A stretch of DNA of 64,000 bases from Octopus sinensis (lineage: Eukaryota), in assembly GCF_006345805.1 (NCBI RefSeq), contig NC_043011.1, positions 19,666,464-19,730,463 of the forward strand, in the 5' to 3' direction. Each line of letters opens with the position of its first letter. Position 1 is the stretch's first letter. The position numbers and the translations under genes are program-made. The notes below the pieces were generated by a model that made no database searches, was not told the DNA's origin, and was given only the letters and a program-made list of their open reading frames with translations. This document shows positions 55,822 through 64,000 of the stretch, in pieces.

Positions 55822-56195
55822 TTAGATATATATATACTTATATATATATAGAGAGAGAGAGATAGATAGATAGATATAGATATATATATATACTTATATA
55901 TATATACTTATATATATATATATATTATACATATATATATTACATATATATATATTACATATATATATACATATTATATATATACATATAATATATATAT
56001 ATATATATATACATTATATATATATATACATATTATATATATACATATATATATACATATATATATATACATATATATTATATATATACATATATATATA
56101 TATACCATATATATATATTATACATATATATATATATATACATACATATATATATATATAACATATATATAATACATATATATATATATAATACA

Positions 56196-56256
<61 letters not shown>

Positions 56257-56398
56257 CTATATATATATACATAATATATATATACATATATATATATATA
56301 CATATATATACATATATATACATATAATATATATATATAATATATATATATTATACATATATATATAATATATACATATAATATATATATATACATAT

Positions 56399-56445
<47 letters not shown>

Positions 56446-56515
56446 TATATAATACATATATAATATATATATATATATATATTATATATATAATACATAT
56501 ATAATATATATATAC

Positions 56516-56548
<33 letters not shown>

Positions 56549-56550
56549 GT
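55745..56550. repeat. (TA)n/(ATATAC)n array
   Basis: Direct. Confidence 0.95.
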
Positions 56551-57369
56551 AAAATTCTATATAAAACTATAATATTACTTTGATTGCTCTGGAATGCACA
56601 TTTCACCTGCAGTAGAACTTGCTCCGATCATCCGATTTAATAATTTGGAATAATGATTGATACCAACCCGCCTGAGACCACGCCTGTTTCTATGAATCAA
56701 AGTTCCTGTTTAAGTTAATCTCAATTAAATTCTTTTACCAAATGCACTTGTCATTGTATTTTCCAACATATGCTTAATATGTTATTTGAATCTAATTCTT
56801 TTCATTCGCAAAATATGTATGTTTCAAAATCAGTAAAGAATCTAAAAATTTTGCTATAATGTTGTGGTCTTCCACTCTCATTGCTTTGAAGGTATGATGT
56901 TGCGGATAAAAGAAATTGGAGAAAAAGTTACAGAGGTTTAAAGATCGAAAAAAACTGTATATTTTTTAGCGAATAGCAAGATAGAAATTTCCTGCGCTTA
57001 GCGGATCGGTGTCAACTTTAAGGTTGTAGCCTGTGGAATTTAGGGCTTAGTATCTGACATGTTCATTGTAGGTTTTTAAATAAACAGGAATACCTAATAA
57101 AAACAAAATGTAACATCTTACTGCTTTTGTCTCTCCCTTGATTGTATGGTTTTATTATTTTTTAAATTTGTTATTCAATATATTTGTCTGTGTGTGTTTC
57201 CTTTATGCGTATTTCAGTATTATGCATACGTCTCGTGTATTTGTGTACATCATTGATATATGAGTACATGTGGATGTATGTATTCATATATAAGTTTAAT
57301 TGTACATCATCCATTCATGTATGTGCATGCATGTGTGAATGGGATGTTTCTCTCTCCAAAACACCTACC

Positions 57370-58680
57370 GGCGTGTCAAGATTACAGTGAACAGATTAGC
57401 GATTTAGTGAAGCGGCCGTTGATAGGGGCAATCGTCAACAATACCTGGTGGCTTGCTCTTTAAGGGGCAATTAGAGTAGCAAAAATTAGGTTTAGCAAAA
57501 CATCAGCGATAGAACAAAAAAAAAAACAGAGGGAAATTTAGTTACAAAGTTAGATGAGGCGCTTAGGACGGGCATCGCAACCGACCTGTACGCGGCGTGG
57601 TTGGTCCTCCACTATTTTTTGGACGCCAAACACGAAGGCTGCGTTATTAGAACTAAGACATGTTCACAAAGCAGGGAGGAAATGAAAGAGTCCTGATGGG
57701 CCCGCTTGGCAGAGCGGATGCGGTGTATTCGACCCGAAATAGATGTGTGCGTCTTTTCAGCAGCACTTCGCTCGACTTCGTGATGAATAGTAGGACGGAT
57801 TACAGGACAGACTTTGTTCTACAGCTGGACGGCCTGCCATGACTCTGCGAAATGCCGATAACAGCTACAGAGATACTGGAAGTAATGAAGAGTTGCAAGA
57901 AAGGTAGATCGCCAGGTTTGGATTGTCTGCCCTACGAGCTTTATACTTAGATGCCAGACTTATTTGCTGGCCTCTTAGCAGACGTCTACTGCAACAGTCA
58001 GCAGAATGGGAGATTTTCCACTTTTGTCTGGCGAGAGGTGAGGGTACTGCTGAGAAAGGATCTAAACAAGTGGTACACTATAGAAAATTTCAGGCCCATC
58101 ACTCTGCTCCATGCTGAGTTGAAGACTTTGGCCAAGGTGTTAGCCAAGAGGTTGGCGCCTGTTGTGGACAAGCTGGTTGGTGAGGCGCAAACATGCGCCA
58201 TCCCACCTAGGACTATTCAAGACAATTTCCATTTTATGCGCTACATCATAGAGAGAGTGGATAACGAAGCTGGCATGGTCGGGGCTCTGATTACCTTAGA
58301 TCAGTCTAAAGCCTTTGATATGGTCGACCATCAATACTTGGCAGCTGTCTAAGAGGCAGTCGGTTGGTTTCGGTATAGTTTTCCGCGGTTGGATCACTGT
58401 CTTGTAAAGTGGCATCTGCTCGGTTGTACGGATGAATGGTCACCTTTCGAAGTTATGCAACATTTTGTATTTGGTCCATCAAGAGTGCCCCCGCTCTTCC
58501 CTCCTGTATGTACTCACACTTGAGACATTAATTTGGAGGCTTTAAGGGGTGTCCTGCATGATCCAGGATGTGGGAGAAGTGTGTCTGCTTACGCTGATGA
58601 CGTCAACGTCATAGTGTCGAGTCACAGGCATATAGACCTAATTGGCGAAACACTTCAATAAAATGAAGCGCTAACAGGAG
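57370..58680 (+). mobile_element. Decayed L1/Tx1-clade RT fragment
   Basis: SPGLDCLPYE; ENFRPITLL..ELK.LAKVLA.RL; QTCAIP.RTIQDN; LDQSKAFD.VDH; SAYADDV. Confidence 0.85.
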
Positions 58681-58879
58681 CAAAAGAAAGAAATTTTAAA
58701 TTTAGCAACAAATGGAACAAAGAATGCAGAGGGGTTGTTAAGGATTGAAGGAAACAATGTCTTCCTTAACACAGGCATTAATTAAGAAAACCAATAGAAA
58801 ATCGGTAATATACAAAGTTTTAAATATGAAGAAGAAAAGGGTAGAACGAGCCACCCAACAACAGTTGAAAATGGTACTC

Positions 58880-59640
58880 AAACCAATTTGAGTTAATAAA
58901 ACTTACTTGACAAGAGAAAAGCGATTCGGCACGTTGGAAGTGCATTCTTCAACTGAGCAAGAGGCCATAAATTCAATACGTGACTCACTACATTTAGCGC
59001 ACGGCACGAGACTGCCCATGGATGTGAAAGACAGGAGGCCGAGATGCTATTTTGTGGAAACGATGAACACCTCAAGGTTGACTGCCTCAAATACAAGGAG
59101 ATGCGTCGGACCCTACAGCCGACAACTAAAACGAGGGTACGTCCAGGACAGCAGCAGCAAAGTAGGCGCAATGGCCCCATGGTAAGGGCAGCGGACTCGC
59201 AGTCGGAGGATCGCGATTTCAATTTCCAGACCAGGCGTTGTGTGTGTTTATTGAGCGAAAACACCTAAAGCTCCACGAGGCTCCGGCAGGGGGTGGTCGC
59301 GCCCCCTGATGTATTCTTTCGCTCCACTCTCACTGTTTCTTTCTGTTTCTTGTCCCCAACTTCCTACGCAATCGCTGAGCCTGGATGCGCATTCATCCAT
59401 CCGTCGATGCTCTCGGTGTCAGAGGTTGACCTTCTTTCTCTTCTGCGGGTCTTACAAATAGCAAAGGACCATGTTTCGGACTTCTCCCATCTTGAGAGTT
59501 CTGGGACGAAGCCCGTTCGCTCAACAGCAACATCAACAGCAGCAACAACAGTAGCAGCAGAGACCAATCCAATCACGACCAGCAACGGCAACAGCGCCGC
59601 CGCCTCCAGCCGTCGCTAGGGCACCAGTAACACCACCAAC
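58880..59640 (+). mobile_element. Tx1-like ORF1 remnant with CCHC knuckle, interrupted by a family C SINE
   Basis: RPRCYF(C)GNDEHLKVDC (1-nt deletion); Gln-rich sequence continues on both sides of 59164-59520. Confidence 0.5.
59164..59520 (+). mobile_element. tRNA-derived SINE, family C variant
   Basis: The first about 130 nt match 15132 onward. Confidence 0.75.
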
Positions 59641-61699
59641 AAGGTTACCTACTCATTCATGCAGTAACACCTACCCGTTCCCCTATCCCTTTCTCTTCCG
59701 TGTTCTTGTTCTTTTCTTTAACATGATTAAACAGTTACCTACTCACAAATATCATATCTTCACAAATAAGTTTTCGTCTTTCTTCTCTGAGTCGTTGAAA
59801 CATATGTAGTCTGGATTTCATCTACTCCATTTCCTAATTTTCAATTTGTATTCGCATAACCCAGTTGCTAACCGTAAGCAGTAAAGTAAGTTTCTTTCAG
59901 TTTTCGAACTTCGATATGGGAAAAATTTACAACCTTCTACATCAATAAACCACTATTATTCCTGAATTTATTTTTATACCTTCTACTGACCGCTCGAAAC
60001 TTACTAACTTCCTACACATTGATCATTGGAACTTACCTTTACATATGAAGAGATATACATATATGTCTAACTTCTGGGAACGCTATAAATACTAGCGCTT
60101 AGATAATTGTGAAAATGTCCTTCGCTTAGAAAAGGTCAAAACTCCCGACTTTGTATAACTACATTTAGATGTACTTATATATGTATATAAATGTATTCAT
60201 TTCTTCCTACATTCCAATATTGCTGTCTCCATAGTCATCGATTATTATATGTCTTCTCCTGAAGTAGAAAGACTACCGAAAAATTTACACTCCCAATAAA
60301 TAGGAACATTTATTAGTAGTATATTTGATTATATAAACCGCATTAACTATTGTCAGTTATGTACGAATGAACCCATATGTTAAGCAGGAGAATAGATCTC
60401 TTCTCATCGTGTCATGAAGCAAAGAAATATTATTCCCAAGTCATTCAACAATTTTCGGAATAATTTGATTTGAAATTACACACTGTCTAAACCTTGATAC
60501 CTCGAGGGATAATATTATATTTGATAGGGACATTCAAGCTGAAATTTAATGCTGATTTATGTTGCTATGTCAGCCTCCTTCTTCAGAAAGAAACGTTGTC
60601 AAGTGTCCATTGAGGCAAAAGGTGTATTAATACCCACACGGAAACGGGCCGTAATTTTACAGCGAATGTCAAACATTGAGCTCAAGTGAATCTCCTCTAA
60701 AGAGAAACATCATTCCTCGATTGAGACTTACTGTCGCTCACAAAGCAATACTACTGCATTCGCTCTAACATAGATAAAGTTGCATTTCTCTTTATAGGCC
60801 ACCAGAGTGGTTTGATTGATCGAGAATACATAGAATTTGAAGTAACAACACAAGGTGTCAACTGAAGAAAATATTTATATTTATATCAAGTTTTGATTAC
60901 CTATTAACTTGTGGATTGTATAACCTGTACTGTTTATGTACACATTTCGAACACTAAACGTGGTTACATAAGTGCATAAGAAAGTGTTTATGCATTATTT
61001 TGTTAAGTGTCGTTTAGATTTTGCTTTCCCACATATGTAAAATATATTTCTTAATTACTTTAACTTGGTCATCACAATGTATCCTGTTTTTAAAGGTATA
61101 TTTCGAATCGATTGACTTCTTTTTGAACATGTACCCCGCTTCGGATGCTCAGACCGAGTTCAGTTACACAGCACCCCGCAGAAAACACTTGTAGCAGTGA
61201 TAGTTAAACTACTGGCTTATCCCTTACACTGTTTATTCTCCATGTTAAACCAACAAGTCAATACTGTAAAATGCAGTTACTACGATAAAAAAAAATCGTT
61301 TTCTAAGCTATTTGAAAATAGGTCTCATTTTATAAAATGCCCACAATATTCACAGATTAATGTCTGTGATTTTTGAAAGACATTTTTGGTGTTCGGTTAT
61401 ACAGAATAAAATATTTTGTTCAGAGATTTATTAAAAATAAGTATCTAGCTTTTCTTTGTAGACATGCATGGCTATACTGACTGTAGTTGGGTACAAACAC
61501 CAATGACGTGGCGGCTTCCATTTATTTCTTATTCTTGTGTTGACACTAATATACAACAATGTTTCTGTGAGATTAGTTCAAAACGTTTGTCATAATTGAA
61601 AAAATAAGAATACATTTCTCGGTTTTGCCTTACCTCTGCCGAATCGAAGTTTAGCCAGGATGCGTTCAATTTCAATTTCAACAATATTGCTTTATATAT

Positions 61700-62700
61700 A
61701 AATAGAAACAAATCTTTGCCATTGAATCTCTAAAAACAAAATATATATGTCATGAGCAGGGAATATATTCATAACTATAACGGCATAGTAAACATCTTTT
61801 CGCTTTCCTTCATATTGCACTATGAAATAGTCGCCAAATATCGACTTTATGTCATTTGTATCATAGTCATCCCCTTCGTTCTCTGTAGTAGTATCATTAA
61901 TCAACTCGTCATTATACAACCCATCAGCAGTTGTACGAGTACTGTCCACTTCGTTAATGTCTATGGATTCATTATCGTCCTCAGCTGTATTATTTTTTTT
62001 ACAACTAAGCGGGGCAATTTCGTTTCTGCCTTCTTTCACTCAGCCTCCTCCAAGCTGAAGACAAGCGGGAATTGTCACGTCCAGGAAGCCGTAGATGCGG
62101 TCAAGGAAGTTTTTATAATCAGAGAAATATTGGGACGCATTGAAGCCAATAATTAGGGGCTGGTCGTAATAAGAATTATATGGCGGTCAGAGATCAGTGG
62201 AAAGATGAGAGTTCTAATTTTACAGTAGTTGAAAAGGAAGAGGATGCCATAAGAATCCGGAAGGCAAACAGCAGAGCTAACAGGGCCAGTGGCATTGGAG
62301 TCTTCTAATGGTGCAGATGACTGGGAGTGCTCATCAGGCCTCCCAGTATCACCAAAACAATCAGAAATCATCCTGGAAGAGTGGCCTGACGCTGTATATC
62401 GTTTTCCTTTCCATTTCATCAGAGCAAATGCTTTCGATGGAACTCAACGAGCCCCTTGAAAGTAGAATGGAAGCACGGATATTCAAGACTGAAATATACA
62501 ACAGTCTGGCCATAAACCTGAAGGAAGTTAACATGTGAGTCAAGTTTCTTGCCAGAGAGATTGAAGTCAGAAGATTCTTGGGCAAATCGGCTTACGATTG
62601 AGTCAACTCTCAGTTTCTGGGAAGATCAGGACCAAAGCACTAAATATGATATCAAAGACAGTGGAGAGGTGCTCCACCTGGATCTTGTTGAGGAGAAACA
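61700..62700 (-). mobile_element. Decayed pogo-like (DDE_1) transposase
   Basis: Minus frames VLVILG...SH, CLP...., LIFPL, then an acidic linker and GDYFIVQYEGKRKDVYYAVI, resembling the C-terminal region of pogo/Fot1-type transposases; weak motifs. Confidence 0.4.
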
Positions 62701-63566
62701 AGAACGAATTCCAAACCGTTTAAAGACAATATATATTTTCTAAATGCTAATGGAAGTAACTTTGAGTGAGTCTTTGTGATAGTCTTCACGTTTCACCACT
62801 ATTATGATAACCAAAGTTATACTACTTTAAGTATAAGTTTGGAAGTTGAGTCAACGGAGAGCAAATGCAATTAGATGAATCCTACAAATGGTTTAAATGA
62901 ACTGACTAAAATACCCAAGTGTCTGATACCGAGGTGGCTAAAATACCCCAAATCATGACCTAGATGCGGCTCGATCCACTGACAGTATGAGATGATAATG
63001 GTTAAAACACGTGTCTGGGGGATGCTCTCCTCTGAAGACCCACTTCTATTCAGATTTCTTGACGCTGTATGATACAAATTGTACATGGAAACTTACATTG
63101 ACATCATAGTCTACTCTCCGAATTTCCTGCAAAAAATTGATGACAACACACAGGAGATGTATACATTAGAGAGCAGAAGGCTAAAATAAGCACTTGCAGA
63201 ATATTGACTACTCAAAAACGACAACAAACGCTTACTACTAATGCATAACTTTAATGGTCTAATTACGGTGGCAATAATTATCCCATATATACATCCGTAT
63301 GTGTATGTACGTGTGTTTCGCTGGACATGTGAATATATGTTCGTTTCGTACGTTTGTAGTCAAACAGTAATTAACTGGCTCGATCATTGGAATACGATAA
63401 TATATCGGCATCAGTGATGTAACATAGCTGATATATCGGCGTAAAGCTTCGGAACTACGGCCTTATCATTGCTGCAGTTTAGTAAAGTAACTAAAACAAA
63501 TATATTACGAACTAATTTCAATAAAAATAAGAACAAACCTTGTCCACATATACAAAATATACATAT

Positions 63567-63794
63567 TTACTACCCACAAAGGGGCTAAACCAAGAGGAGA
63601 CATACAAGGACAGACAAACGGATTTAGTCGATTATATCTATCCCAGTACGTAACTGGTACTTAATTTATTGACCTCGAAAGGATGAAAGGCAAAGTTGAC
63701 CTCAGCGGAATTTGAACTCAGAACGTAACGGTAGACGAAATACGGCTACGCATTTTGCCCGGCGTGCTAACGTTTCTGCCAGCTCGCCGCCTTA
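63567..63794 (-). mobile_element. tRNA-derived SINE, family A, full length with 19-bp TSD
   Basis: Flanked by ATATACAAAATATACATAT at 63548-63566 and 63795-63813. Confidence 0.9.
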
Positions 63795-64000
63795 ATATAC
63801 AAAATATACATATCACTAACCGGTGACGTTACGAACGGTGAGATTGTCAACATATCTTTATCACAAACATCATCAACAACAGCACGTTCTACTGTCACAC
63901 TGACAGTTCCATCATCTCGACAAATATTTTCACTAACAACGATATATCAATCAAGTCACTTAGTGTCGAGGTTCAATTCAACGGGTAATAAAAACAAAAA

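Noticed and set aside
56608-56708. Open 100-nt minus-strand segment between AG and GTGAAA
   Set aside because: Weak donor, no recognisable homology; expected by chance.

Overview
AT-rich, repeat-dominated animal genomic DNA with no prokaryotic-style genes and no confidently identifiable host gene. The tRNA-derived SINE families and microsatellite load look like octopus/coleoid cephalopod DNA (inference from recognition). The centre (about 30.9-52.0 kb) is a (TA)-rich satellite holding four large retroelements. Two are near-identical APE-RT LINEs (Proto2/CR1-group-like) whose ORF1 carries a Myb/SANT-like N-terminus plus a CCCH zinc finger, behind a variable-number 5' tandem repeat. The other two are Penelope-like elements (one Naiad-type, one Neptune-type). 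Each has an inverted terminal pLTR and a hand-foldable minimal type I hammerhead ribozyme; the Neptune-type one has a U3-A8 covariant core. The flanks contain decayed RTE, R4/Dong-like, L1/Tx1, mariner, pogo-like and Helitron-like pieces, many SINEs, several MITE/hairpin structures, a 487-bp fold-back repeat, and a few candidate minus-strand exons (best: 18469-18727, CUB-like). All element classifications come from motif recognition, not database searches.
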